Source: Clostridiaceae bacterium (GTDB lineage: Bacteria; Bacillota; Clostridia; Acetivibrionales; DUMB01). From it: DNA of 64,000 nucleotides. A program made the translations under genes and the position numbers. Location of the stretch: the NCBI GenBank assembly GCA_012840085.1, contig DUMB01000079.1, positions 43,140 to 107,139 on the forward strand. Direction: 5' to 3'. Below, one piece after another: positions 36,528 through 48,100 of this stretch; positions within the stretch are counted from its first letter, which is position 1; the number at the start of each line of letters is the position of its first letter. A model generated the notes under the pieces. That model was given only the letters and a program-made list of their open reading frames with translations. It was not told where the DNA came from and did not search any database.

Positions 36528-37430
36528 ATGGAATTGCAATTACAAAACCTGTGCAAGCAATATGGCAGAAAATGTGCTGTTGATAATGTAAATATTAATT
36601 TAAAACCGGGGCTATATGGATTACTCGGTGCAAACGGTGCAGGAAAAACAACTTTAATGCGAATGATATGCGGTGTTCTAAAGCCCACTTCCGGCAGTAT
36701 CTCCTTAAACGGAAAAGCAATTGAAAAATTAGGTGAACAATATTACGCCCAGTTAGGCTATTTGCCCCAGGATTTTGGCTTCTATCCTGATTTCACCGCC
36801 CGTGAATTTATGTTATACATTGCAGCGGTGAAAGGGCTTGATAAGAAAGAAGCAAAGACTCGAACAGAGAATCTGCTTCATATAGTAAATCTGTCCCATG
36901 TGGCAGACAAGAAAATCAAATCATATTCCGGTGGTATGAAACAGCGCCTGGGAATTGCACAAGCGGTGCTTAATAATCCGTCCATATTAATACTTGATGA
37001 GCCTACAGCAGGACTTGACCCAAAAGAACGGGTACGTTTTCGTAATCTTATATCAGATTTATCCAAAGAGAGAATTGTTATTTTTTCAACTCATATTGTT
37101 TCTGATGTTTCATATATAGCAGACACAATATTAATGATGAAACAGGGCCGTCTTCTACTGCAAGAACCAATAGATTCAGTTACAAACAGTATCAAAGGTA
37201 AGGTATGGGAAGTATTGGTCAGCGAGCAAGAGGTAAGTGAATACGGCAGACGCTTTTCCGTTGTAAACCTGCGCCACGAAAACAATATGGTGCACCTGCG
37301 AATTATAAATGAAACTGCGCCTTCAATTGATGCACATACTGTAGAACCAAGCCTGGAGGATTTATTTTTATACCATTTTGGAGAAGAAGCACATATCGAA
37401 AGGAGCAATGAAAATGAAGCCGTTAATTAA
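36528..37430 (+). CDS. ABC transporter ATP-binding protein (ABC-2 type)
   Basis: Walker A GANGAGKTT, signature SGGMKQR, Walker B ILILDEPT. GGAGGT SD. Confidence 0.88.
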   Translation: MELQLQNLCKQYGRKCAVDNVNINLKPGLYGLLGANGAGKTTLMRMICGVLKPTSGSISLNGKAIEKLGEQYYAQLGYLPQDFGFYPDFTAREFMLYIAAVKGLDKKEAKTRTENLLHIVNLSHVADKKIKSYSGGMKQRLGIAQAVLNNPSILILDEPTAGLDPKERVRFRNLISDLSKERIVIFSTHIVSDVSYIADTILMMKQGRLLLQEPIDSVTNSIKGKVWEVLVSEQEVSEYGRRFSVVNLRHENNMVHLRIINETAPSIDAHTVEPSLEDLFLYHFGEEAHIERSNENEAVN

Positions 37431-38649
37431 ATATGAGTTTTTGAAAATATTACGCAAAAAGTCCGCCCTTATTATTATGGCAGTAAGTCTGCTTATAGCA
37501 GCATTTCTTTTTGCTTTACCCATTATGCAATATCAAGCCTATAATCAGGATGGTGTTATCAAAGGCCTTGAGGGGATTGCATATGAAAAAGAACAATACA
37601 TGCAATTATCAGTTGTTCTGACAGAAGAGTATATAGCTGATACAATCCGTGAGTATCAAAAGCTTTTTGAAAACCCAGATAATGTAGGATATGACGGTAA
37701 TGAGAGATTTTTAATTGGTGACGCTTATTGGAATTTTGTTGCACCCCGGGAAAAGCTGTTAAGCATAATTGCAGCAAATTACAATAAACCGGGAGAATAC
37801 AAAGGATTAAGTAAACTAACGGAACTAGACATGACAACCGGGGCTGATTTCTATAAAACAAGGAATGAAAAAGTTGAAGCGTTGCTGAACACTCCCTCAC
37901 GAAGCATGTCCGAAAAACAAAAGGAATACTGGCAGAATATGAGTAGCCAGGTGCAAATTCCTTTCCAATACGGATATTATGAGGGATGGGAAATTATTAT
38001 AAGCAGTTTTGAACTGTTGATGTTTGCTGTACTTGCTATCTGCATTGCCATTGCCCCTGTCTTTTCAGGCGAATACCAGGCAGGAACAGATGCGGTCATT
38101 TTATCAGCAAAGTATGGAAAAACAAAACTGATAACAGCAAAAATTGTTTCTTCATTTGTATTTGGAATTCTAGCGTTTACACTTCATGTTGTTGTGGCAT
38201 GTGGATTGCTTCTGATAACATTTGGCGTGGATGGCTGGAATCTTCCAGTACAAGTTGTAAATACAACGATACCGTACCCCTTTACATTCTTGGAAGCTGT
38301 CATTATTAACTTAACTATTATCTACCTGGTACTGCTCGCCATGATTAGTCTAACGCTTTTTTTGTCAGCGAAAATGAAAAACTCATATCTTGTACTTGCA
38401 GTGCTTGTTCCAGTGCTTTTCATTCCTATATTCCTTTCCCCTAACGGTACGACGGGCATTTATAACTTGATTCTGTTTCTGCTGCCTTACCGCTGTGCAA
38501 TGCCTGAGCTCAACAAATACATTTCCTATCAGTTTGGAGGTTTAGTATTGGATGTACTTACCATAAGAGCTATTCTTTATCCTGTATTGACAGCCATTAT
38601 GCTGCCTTTTGCAAGACTGGGATTTAAGAAACATCAGGTTTTGGTTTGA
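37408..38649 (+). CDS. ABC-2 family transporter permease
   Basis: N-terminal TM helix, a large extracytoplasmic loop, then 5 TM helices. The start is set at ATG 37408, after GAAAGGAG. Confidence 0.75.
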   Translation: MKMKPLIKYEFLKILRKKSALIIMAVSLLIAAFLFALPIMQYQAYNQDGVIKGLEGIAYEKEQYMQLSVVLTEEYIADTIREYQKLFENPDNVGYDGNERFLIGDAYWNFVAPREKLLSIIAANYNKPGEYKGLSKLTELDMTTGADFYKTRNEKVEALLNTPSRSMSEKQKEYWQNMSSQVQIPFQYGYYEGWEIIISSFELLMFAVLAICIAIAPVFSGEYQAGTDAVILSAKYGKTKLITAKIVSSFVFGILAFTLHVVVACGLLLITFGVDGWNLPVQVVNTTIPYPFTFLEAVIINLTIIYLVLLAMISLTLFLSAKMKNSYLVLAVLVPVLFIPIFLSPNGTTGIYNLILFLLPYRCAMPELNKYISYQFGGLVLDVLTIRAILYPVLTAIMLPFARLGFKKHQVLV

Positions 38650-38715
38650 ATTTAACCGATATTTCATTCTGCTTAGGCCCACCCTAGATATTGACACAGA
38701 ACCCAAAATTAAAGG

Positions 38716-38757
38716 CTTGGGCATCATAAATTTTATGTTCCCAAGCTCTTTTATTTT
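38716..38757 (+). terminator. Rho-independent terminator of the TCS/ABC unit
   Basis: CTTGGGCATCATAAA / TTTTATGTTCCCAAG hairpin followed by CTCTTTTATTTT. Confidence 0.65.
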
Positions 38758-38821
38758 AACTCTATAGTATAGCTTTTCTACCTGCACCTGTTGATAAAAT
38801 CTTTTTTATTTTACGTCCGGT

Positions 38822-40498
38822 TTATTTTGATTCCAACCTTTGAATAGATTTAAGAGCCCAAATGTACTTGTTTATCAAATTCTCATCCGCATATTCTTCC
38901 TTCTCAGCAATATCTAAATTTTCTTTCAGGTACTGTACAGCTTCATCTTTTTGACCGCTTAAATACATGAGAACTCCGCGTTCCAGGGAAAAATATGTTT
39001 CAAAAGGTACTCCGGCAGTATCAGCTTTTGCAAAGAGTTTATCCATATAATCCAGCGCCTTGCCATACTCTCCCGCGTATGTCAAATAATAAGCCGCCAA
39101 AGGATAGAAGCGGACATCTTCCATATTCGCGATGTAGGCATTTCCATATTCATCCGGTATGAAAAGTTCCTCAGCCTTTTTTGTATATTCAATCACCTTT
39201 TGTCTGTTTATATCTGTACAGGAATAATATTTAATAAATTCTTCATAGATTTTGTATAAATCATCTTTACCGTTCCTATCTGTCTGATAGGCTTCCTCTG
39301 CCTTCTTAAGATACTCTATGGGCAAGTTAGGATTAAGTTTATAAATCCAGTAATATATCCCGGCCTTATTCCAGTAGTCTTTTTCTTCTAATTCCTTCAA
39401 TACTTCCAGTCTGTCCCTTTCCGGTTCATAGTAAGGAATTTCTTTTTTTAAGTTTTCGTACTTTTCCACTATCAAATTTTCCAGCTCTGCAGCTTTTAAT
39501 AAGTATTCATCTGTACCGGCTTCATATCCTTTTTGCTCAAGAATATCATATATTTCACCACTCATAAGTTCTTGTGCCATCTGACGATCCAGCTCATAGG
39601 CCTTAAACTCAGCTACATATTTCTTATCCAGCTCGGTAGGAGGATTTTGATATATCTCTTCAGTCATAAAAGTTGCCATATAATCACTGTCTCTGGTAGA
39701 AGCAATTAAAGATAAATATGCTTCAGGATTAGCGAATAGATCAGTATTATATGCAATCTCTTTTAACACATTGGTCATTATAACTGCTGTAGCCGCACGG
39801 GTAATATTTTCTTCAGGTCTGAAAGTACCGTCAGGCAAGCCTCTGATAATTCCATTATTTACAAGATACATGATTTCATCATAAAACTCATGATCCGGTG
39901 TAACATCCTTAAACTTTATACCTACGTTTCTCACCGGGGGATCCAAAAAGGATATGGTAACAAGAGCAGCTTCCTCACGGGTTATAAGCTTATTGGGATA
40001 GAAGTTTTCTCCGGGAAAGATTTTCTCAAACAAACCTGGATTCTTCTTGTCACAATATTTTTTAACCCAAGCTACATAATTTCTGGACCAATGCTTTTCC
40101 ATATCATTGTAAGGCAATTTATAATCTACAGTTGAAAAATTCTTTAAAAACTCTCTACGTTCATTCTCGCGAAAACCATAGAAATCGTAATAGATAAAAC
40201 CAACTGAAATTTCTTCAGGAACAATACTTTCATCTAAAACACAAACGGTTTTAAACAAAGTAGTTAAATATTCAGCTCGTGTAGTATTGTTATCGGGTTT
40301 AAATGTTTTATCCGGATAACCTAATAAAATCTCACGGTCAACCAATGCAGCAATAGTTTGACCTGCCCAATGGTTGGAAATATCGGTAATTTGATAAGAA
40401 AGGGGCAGATAGTCCATATCTTCAGCTACTGCATTAATTGGAATCAATAAATTGATTAATAATGCCAGAACTAAAAATAAAATAATTGTTTTGCGCAT
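38822..40498 (-). CDS. SLH domain-containing surface protein with a helical TPR-like C-terminal region
   Basis: Signal peptide (MRKTIILFLVLALLINLLIPINAVA), then three SLH-like segments (HWAGQTIAALVDREILLGYPDKTFKPDNNTTRAE; ...LITREEAA; FKDVTPDHEFYDEIMYLVNNGIIRGLPDGTFRPEENITRAA). Start at ATG 40498, after AAAGGAG. Confidence 0.8.
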   Translation of the reverse strand: MRKTIILFLVLALLINLLIPINAVAEDMDYLPLSYQITDISNHWAGQTIAALVDREILLGYPDKTFKPDNNTTRAEYLTTLFKTVCVLDESIVPEEISVGFIYYDFYGFRENERREFLKNFSTVDYKLPYNDMEKHWSRNYVAWVKKYCDKKNPGLFEKIFPGENFYPNKLITREEAALVTISFLDPPVRNVGIKFKDVTPDHEFYDEIMYLVNNGIIRGLPDGTFRPEENITRAATAVIMTNVLKEIAYNTDLFANPEAYLSLIASTRDSDYMATFMTEEIYQNPPTELDKKYVAEFKAYELDRQMAQELMSGEIYDILEQKGYEAGTDEYLLKAAELENLIVEKYENLKKEIPYYEPERDRLEVLKELEEKDYWNKAGIYYWIYKLNPNLPIEYLKKAEEAYQTDRNGKDDLYKIYEEFIKYYSCTDINRQKVIEYTKKAEELFIPDEYGNAYIANMEDVRFYPLAAYYLTYAGEYGKALDYMDKLFAKADTAGVPFETYFSLERGVLMYLSGQKDEAVQYLKENLDIAEKEEYADENLINKYIWALKSIQRLESK

Positions 40499-40754
40499 TT
40501 CTTCATCTCCTTTTGTTATTTTAGTCCGGCAATCATCAATTTTATGAAAAGATTGCCAGTAGTAGACATTCGACAAGAAGTTGTAAAATCCTCTTTTTTC
40601 TTTACTGGAATCCAGATTTCGTTTAGATATTCCGGATTTTCAGTGTCTGTACTCTCGTTTCACAAAAAATTTCAGGACCTTCAGCAGCCTCATATCCTGA
40701 AATATCAAAGGATGCATTTATTCATCAGGCAATCTGTACACAGTATTGTCGACC

Positions 40755-41600
40755 CTAGATAGAAATCCTCCAAACTGCTCTGCCTGAATCTTCGCTTACA
40801 GTTACAGCAGGATTATATCCTTTGTCAATCAGCCCCAGCCATACGTGACATACGCAAATACCTATATCCAAGTTTGGATATTCCCATTTGAAATGCTTAT
40901 ATCCCACCGGCATAGCAACAGTTATAGTTTTATATTTATCCTCAAATCCAAACCTCCACATTTGTGAGTTTGCAGCAGACGGTGCTTTTCTTCCCAAATC
41001 CAGGGCATACAGTATGTCATCTGATAGCTTTTCATAATCATTTGAATCCACAAGCAACTCCTTAATTTCTTTGCGTTTGAAACTAAAGGTTGCTTTCGTA
41101 ATTCTGTCCATAAGCCGAAGTCCTTTATCTTCATAATAGCCCAGGGGTGAAATACATATTGCTCTTCTGCCTGTTGTTTCACCTTTAGAGCATCCATATC
41201 CCATATTTGCTTCTTTTAGCTGATCCGTTGGCTGCAAATGAGGCATCAGGCGTTCAAGTTCTGAAAGCTTATAATACCCGTACCAACAGGTTGAAATGCC
41301 CTTACTTTGCGCAAAGAGGATTAAAAATTCCCCTATAAAACCGGCCTTTGATATTGAAACTACATCAGTTTCTGCTATGAAAGCAACATTATCTGGCGGA
41401 GATTTCATTACTGTATAAAGGGTTCTTGTTGGTTCAGCATTAAAAAACCTAATCTCCACATTATGCTCAAATGGAACCGGCATTGATTTTGCAAAGTTCT
41501 TTATAGATTCCATGATCTCGTCATCAACGGGAATCATTTTGTAACTGCGCACTGAACGGCGTGAATCGATAGTACTCCTAATATCAAATGGTCCAGTCAT
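40755..41600 (-). CDS. Nitroreductase family protein
   Basis: RRSVRSY signature near the N-terminus and PSAANSQ later. The start is set at ATG 41600, with AGGAGG 8 nt upstream. The track start at 41642 lacks an SD. Confidence 0.65.
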   Translation of the reverse strand: MTGPFDIRSTIDSRRSVRSYKMIPVDDEIMESIKNFAKSMPVPFEHNVEIRFFNAEPTRTLYTVMKSPPDNVAFIAETDVVSISKAGFIGEFLILFAQSKGISTCWYGYYKLSELERLMPHLQPTDQLKEANMGYGCSKGETTGRRAICISPLGYYEDKGLRLMDRITKATFSFKRKEIKELLVDSNDYEKLSDDILYALDLGRKAPSAANSQMWRFGFEDKYKTITVAMPVGYKHFKWEYPNLDIGICVCHVWLGLIDKGYNPAVTVSEDSGRAVWRISI

Positions 41601-41648
41601 ATTTGAAACCTCCTGATTTGGAATCTCCGAATACTTTTCCATGGTATA

Positions 41649-41690
41649 ATTATATATAGAATTTCCTCGATTATATATAGAATTTCCTCG
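41649..41690. repeat. Perfect 2 x 21-bp tandem duplication ATTATATATAGAATTTCCTCG
   Basis: 41649-41669 and 41670-41690 are identical. They lie 50-90 nt upstream of the nitroreductase start. Confidence 0.9.
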
Positions 41691-42129
41691 TTTTGCATCT
41701 TATAAAAATGAAGCACCATGCTTTACCAGCAGGGTGCTCTCTTTTAATGGTCTCAAGAGTATCTTTTCTATGTGTCTTGCTTAAGCTGCCTCTATTTTTC
41801 TTCCAGCATTTCAAAATTCATATTGAGAATCAGATGGCTTTTTCTTGATATTCCGCATGACCAAACTCATGAGACTCCTAGGTGTTAGTCAGAAGTCCAT
41901 TTCTGATATCCGTAGTTTCATATTTTGTTTAATCATCGCCAGTCATTTTGATAAAATGAATTGAAATATGTATGAGGCCACAGTTACTTGTGCTGCGGCC
42001 TCGTTAAAATACATTTTATTGCTGCTTAGTCTTATCTTTAACATTCCTTGTCATACCCACAAGTATTGTTACACCATATGCTGCAGATGTTATATAAGTT
42101 GCGCGCGTTGTCCAAATCCCGCTTGCTAT

Positions 42130-45100
42130 TTAATTTGCGGCATACTTATTGTATATCCTGTATAGTATTACCGCTGCTTCGGCGCGGGTAGTGAATGCTT
42201 TGGGATTCAATTTATCACCGGAGCCGGCTATCAGTCCTTCTTTGACCAGTGTAGCCGTGCTTCCTATTGCATATTCGGCGATATCTTCTTTGTCTATGAA
42301 TTTATTCAATGCGGTTGTATCTTTCGCAGCCTTGAGTCCTTTATATTTCTCCAAAGCCCTGGCTGTGAGCACCATCATATCCTGCCTGGAGATATACTCC
42401 ATCGGGTTAAAACGGTTATTTCCGACACCGGTGGTAATGCCCAGCTTTTTGGCGATACCAACTGCTTCATAATAGTAGGTACCCGGCCTCATATCATCAA
42501 AATTGCTGTCAAAGCTCGCAGTCAGCCCCAGGGTTTTAACAAGCAGTACCAGATAGTCTGCTCTGGTAATGTTTGAAACAGGAGAGTAGGTATCCTTTGA
42601 AGTTCCGTTGATGATACCTTTGGAAGCTAAAACCTCAACAGGTCTTCTTGCCCATTCCACACTGCCCAGGTCACTGAAGGTCTTATGCACATAAGCTACA
42701 GCATAATGACTGAAATGGGTTGTGGTAAATGTCACAGTTCCGGTTTCCGGGTCGTAGCGTCCGTTTGGTACTGAAATTATATTGCCGCTGCCGTCGATGT
42801 ACCAGATGACAATATGCTCCGGATCAGCCAGTTCCTCTGCTGTCGGTGTATAAGGTATGCTCACCGTAACCGGTGCGTCCGGATTATTCCATTCGATTTG
42901 CACACTGTCCAGGGTTAAGGTAAGTTGTACAATTGGCCTGTCTCCAATGGCTGCTTTTACATCCTCAGGCAGGCCGGATTTGTCGCCATGGCCTATGGTG
43001 ATGCTTGCTTTTTTCCCTTCTATTTCCGGCAATCCCGAAAGCATGTCTGACGGGATGGTGATACTACCCACATCGGTGGAGAAAGTCAGAGCGTCTTTCT
43101 GTTGTGAACCGGAAAGGAAATCTGCGGGAATTCCTAATGTGTAGGAGTTCACATCGGGAATGGAAGGTACTGTAAGAACAGTCATCCCGGTGCCGGTAAA
43201 GATATCATTTATCACGGTATCCTCCAATTCTACCGCTGCGTTTCCCATATCCGTATTCACAGTGACGGGCAGGGTGATTTCTGTTTTGTCGATGCCAGAA
43301 ACATTAGCGTTGTAAGTTGGTGTATCCTGAGTATAGTCGCTTTCGCCGATTATAATACCTCCGAAACCACCACCTGCTCCGCTGCCAGAATTGGAAACCT
43401 TCAAAGTTACCGTGTATGTGTCGGTGGAATCCTCTGTCCCATCATTTGCCTTAAATACCAGTGTAATTGTGCCTGTTACAGTCGGTGTATATGAATAACT
43501 TTCATTTGCATCGATATACTCAGCGCCGTTTATTGATACTCTATATGTCAGCTGGTCACCATCGGCATCTTCGAATATGGTCGACAGATCAAGGATATAT
43601 GCATTATTTACTGTCACTGCGACCGTCCTAGTTGCCGGTACGCCTGCTTTACGGTTCGGCGCTGTGTTCATCGGCGGTGCAGGATTTACTGTCAAGACAG
43701 CAGCTTCACTGGTTACACTACTAACTGCATTCGTTACCACTACAGTATAGCTTCCTGCATCCGATAGCTGGACAGTTTTAATAGTCAATGTATTCGAATT
43801 GACTCCACTAATGTTTTCCTTATTAGACAGTTCAATGCCGTTCTTCATCCACTTGTAGCTTAATGGCTCAGTGCCTGTAGCTTCTACTGTGAAAGTGACC
43901 GTATCCCCTTCAGTTACCGTCTGGCTTATGGGCTGAGTGGTTATAGACGGTGCTACAGGTGCTGGATTGACTATCAGGGTTACCGTGTATGTGTCAGTGG
44001 AGTCTTCTGTTCCGTCATTTGCCTTAAATACCAGTGTAATTGTGCCTGTTACAGTCGGTGTATATGAGTAATCTTTGCTTGCCGCAACATACTCGACACC
44101 GTTTATTGACACTTTATATGTCAGTTCGTCGCCGTCAGCATCCTCGAATATGGTCGACAGATCAAGGGTATATGCATTGTTCACTGCCACTGTAGCTGTC
44201 GCGGTTGCCGGTATGCCTGCTTTACGGTTCGGCGCAGTATTAACCGGCGGTGCAGGGTTTACCGTCAAGACAGCAGCTTCACTGGTTACACTACTAACTG
44301 CATTCGTTACCACTACAGTATAGCTTCCTGCATCCGATAGCTGGACAGTATTAATGATTAACGTATTCGTTTTAGCACCGCTGATGTTCTCATCGTCAAT
44401 CAGTTCTATACCATTCTTCATCCACTTGTAGCTTAATGGCTCAGTGCCTGTAGCTTCTACTGTGAAGGTGGCCGTATCCCCTTCAGTTACCGTCTGGCTT
44501 ATGGGCTGAGTTGTTATAGACGGTGCTACAGGTGCAGGATTTACCGTCAAAGTTACCGTGTATGTGTCAGTGGAGTCTTCCATTCCGTCATTGGCTTTGA
44601 ATATCAACGTAATTGTACCGGTTGAGGTTGGTGTATATGAGTAATCTTTGCTTGCCGCAACATACTCAGCACCGTTAACTGACACTTTATATGTCAGTTC
44701 GTCGCCGTCAGCATCCTCGAATATGGTCGACAGATCAAGGATATATGCATTGTTCACAGTAACACTTTCTGATGCAGTAGCCGGTATACCTGCTTTACGG
44801 TTCGGTGCAGTATTCACAGGTAGTACTGGATTTACCGTCAAGACAGCAGCTTTGCTGGTTACACTGGCAAGTTCATTTGTTACTGTTACAGTATAGCTTC
44901 CGGCATCTGACTCCCTTGCACTGATAATGGTCAATTCAGCCGTATCGCTTCCGTTAATGTTCTCATCATCATTTATTTCTGTGCCGTCTTTCATCCACTT
45001 GTAACTTAATGGCTCAGCACCTGTCGCTTCTACTTTAAAGGTGACAGACTGTCCCGCAGATACAGTCCGGCTGACCGGATGCATGGTGATGAACACCGGC

Positions 45101-48100
45101 AACTGACCAGGTGATGTTACAAAATTAACCACATATGTCTTTGTTGTTTTAAGATCCCAGGAAGTAACTGTCAAAGTTGTGCTACCAGGAATCTCCTCAG
45201 CATCGAAATATGAAACATCTGCATATTCGTCATTGGCTTCCCCATAAACCCATGTTGGGCTATCATATGGTGATGTGCCTTCTGGAACCAACACATAATA
45301 TTCATATATTTCAGTGTCAAAACCCTGTAATGGTGTATATTCATATATTCCCCAATCGAATCCAACATAAAGGCTCTTCAATGTGGCATCATATGCTTTA
45401 TTGCCATCAATGCCTCTTACTTCCAGCCATCTCCCAATCCCTACATTAAATCCAATCCAGAAATAATATGAATCATATTCTGTAAGTCCTTCATAGAGAT
45501 CAGCCTTTATGGTAAGAACATCATCCTCCACAGTGTAGTCAATACCCTGAATTAAGGTGCTGGACTTCCATTCAAATTCTTCATTGTCGAAGTATTCCAT
45601 TTCAATAGTTGTAACCTCAGTTGCATCATTCCATGTAATGTGAACGTTGATGTCGGAAGGGGGAGCATTTATGTCGATAATCTTTATTTCAGGGTCCAGT
45701 TCCGCATCGATGCTGTCAACATATACATAGAAATATGTCTGGCAGCCTTTATAACTTACAGTAATTGTTTTACTGCCTTCACTGCTGCTGTCAAAGCCTG
45801 TTATTTCAAGTTCCTCGATGGGGATCTCCCGTTTGCTGCCGTTTGAATATATGGCATTTACCACCAAACCTGTCAAATCAAGCTCTTCTCCAAGGTAATA
45901 TTCATCCTTGTAAGGACACTGCGACACCTCTAATCCGGCCACTCCCAAGACCAACACTTCGAAGGCTGAGGATAGTGTTACACCCCCATAAGTTATACCA
46001 ATATCCTGCTTTCCAGGCACATCGATGTTAAATCCGAATATATCAGCTTCGCTTATGTCACTTAATACTATTTCCTGATTATCAGTAGTAATGCCTTTCA
46101 CAACAAGACCTGTCAGGTCAATGTTATCTCCTAGATAATATATATACTTGGTTGGTGGTACTGCAACAACTAAACTCTTCAATCTTACAATGAACGGAGC
46201 CGGATCGGAGGTATCCGATGCTACGTGGTACATATCATTTTCATAAGGTACAGCTGTTACTGTGACATAGTAGGTGGTACCGTTTCTAACATCGGTTACC
46301 GGTAACGGAGGCAAGTTAAATGAAGTTCCATCAGTGGCCTGTTTGGTGTAAGTGGTCGGTTCACCTCCTGCTGAACCATCAGGAGTGATGGTAATGATAT
46401 AACTTCCTGCATTAGGCACCGGATCCCAGTGCAATACATCCAAAGAAATTCTAACGTTTCCGGGAACCGGCAGCTTTTCTGTCTTTTTCACCTTGAACGA
46501 ATTATAACTCTGAAGCCAGTTCTGGTATCCCAAAAAATCCATTGTGGTATAAACGGTATACTCCCCTAAAACAGCATCCGTAACGGTCAGATAAAGTTCA
46601 GCTATATTATCGGTTACAGTTGCGGTTACAAGAGTTCCTTCCACTATCTCACCGGTGCTATTGTCCTGCAGTCTGGAGGTTATTACTGTTCCATCATCTA
46701 CATTTTTTGTAACAACAGTAACTTTTATTGTGGCATCCATTCCTTCGGGTATATCTTCCGGATAAATGGTCACCGACTTGAATTCCGGTCTTTCCTTTAT
46801 TGTTATTACTTTGCTGCCGCTTATTCCTGAACCGTCATCGGCTGTTGCTATTACAGTTACAGTTCCGGCTCCTGTGCATATCAGATATCCGTACTGGTCA
46901 ATGGTTGCGCTTCCCGTACCCGGTTCTACTGTCCAAATAATCGGCACATCACCGGCGTTTGCCGGGATGATTTGCAAATGCATCTGTATGATACTACCAA
47001 CTATTAATGTATCAACATCTTCCCAACCTGCTTTCACTATAATACTTTCAATGGGTGGACTTCCTGTTATAAAACTCACATCTGTCCTGGGTATTAAGTT
47101 TTTATTCGCGTCACCTACCGGCTTGATACTAAAAGAATATGCCAAGTAGGGATTCAAACCGCCTGTAGGTGTTATGGTAAGCACCTTTTTGTCCTGACTC
47201 AGTGAGGCGGTAATTTCCACTATATCCATAGATGTCCGCAGTTCAACCAAAGATGCAGGATCAATGATTTCCTTTACATTCAGGCCGTCACGGTAATATT
47301 TCAATGGTTCATCATAGGTAACTGTCAAATTCTTGAGTATAGAGAAATTTTTCTCGCCATCCGCCGGACTTGTGGACAGTATTATAGGAGGTGCAAAATC
47401 TTTGACACCAAATTTTTGCAGGTAAGGATAAGTACCTTCGCTGATAGCCCATACACTTTCAAAGTCCCATCCGGCGTTTACAAATTCATCCGCTGACTTC
47501 ATTTCAAGAGTGGTTAGGGGCGTACCGTAGAATACACTATTATCAAAAGTATATAAAGAACTGTTATAGAAGGAATTACTGACAGCAATACCGGCTGATT
47601 CATTGTTTCCAATCAATCCTCCTATCAGTGATCTTCTCTCATTGTTTACATTTATTTCTACTGATGCAAAGGAATTGGTTATTTCAGCGCTACCGTCAAT
47701 AAAGCCCACCAAACCGCCGCAGCCCACCGGATCAGGCGAGAAAGAGTTTCCGCCTATCAGCAGTCCGGCAGAATAGCAGTTTACAATGCTTACTTCCTGA
47801 TCACTTCCAAACAGCTGACCTATTAATCCGCCTGTATTTTTATAACCTCTCACATCAACATTTGTATAAGATTCAGATATTGAGGAATTTATCAGCATTC
47901 CGGTAATACCGCCGACATTTTCATTACCCCAGGCACTTCCTTCAAAAGAAGATTCTGATATATCAGAATAAGAAACACCGAATATGCCTCCTACATTTAT
48001 GCCTCCTATAGCGTATGCTGCTGATACTTGGCCAGTCACATGGATACTGGTCCTGATTCCGTTCCCCAGATCTGTTCCTGCAAGAGCTCCAACGTTGTGA

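Noticed and set aside
41973-42003. Hairpin GAGGCCACAG...CTGCGGCCTC about 130 nt downstream of the giant gene, as its terminator
   Set aside because: The stem is plausible, but no clear T-run follows on the minus strand, so I did not list it as a terminator.
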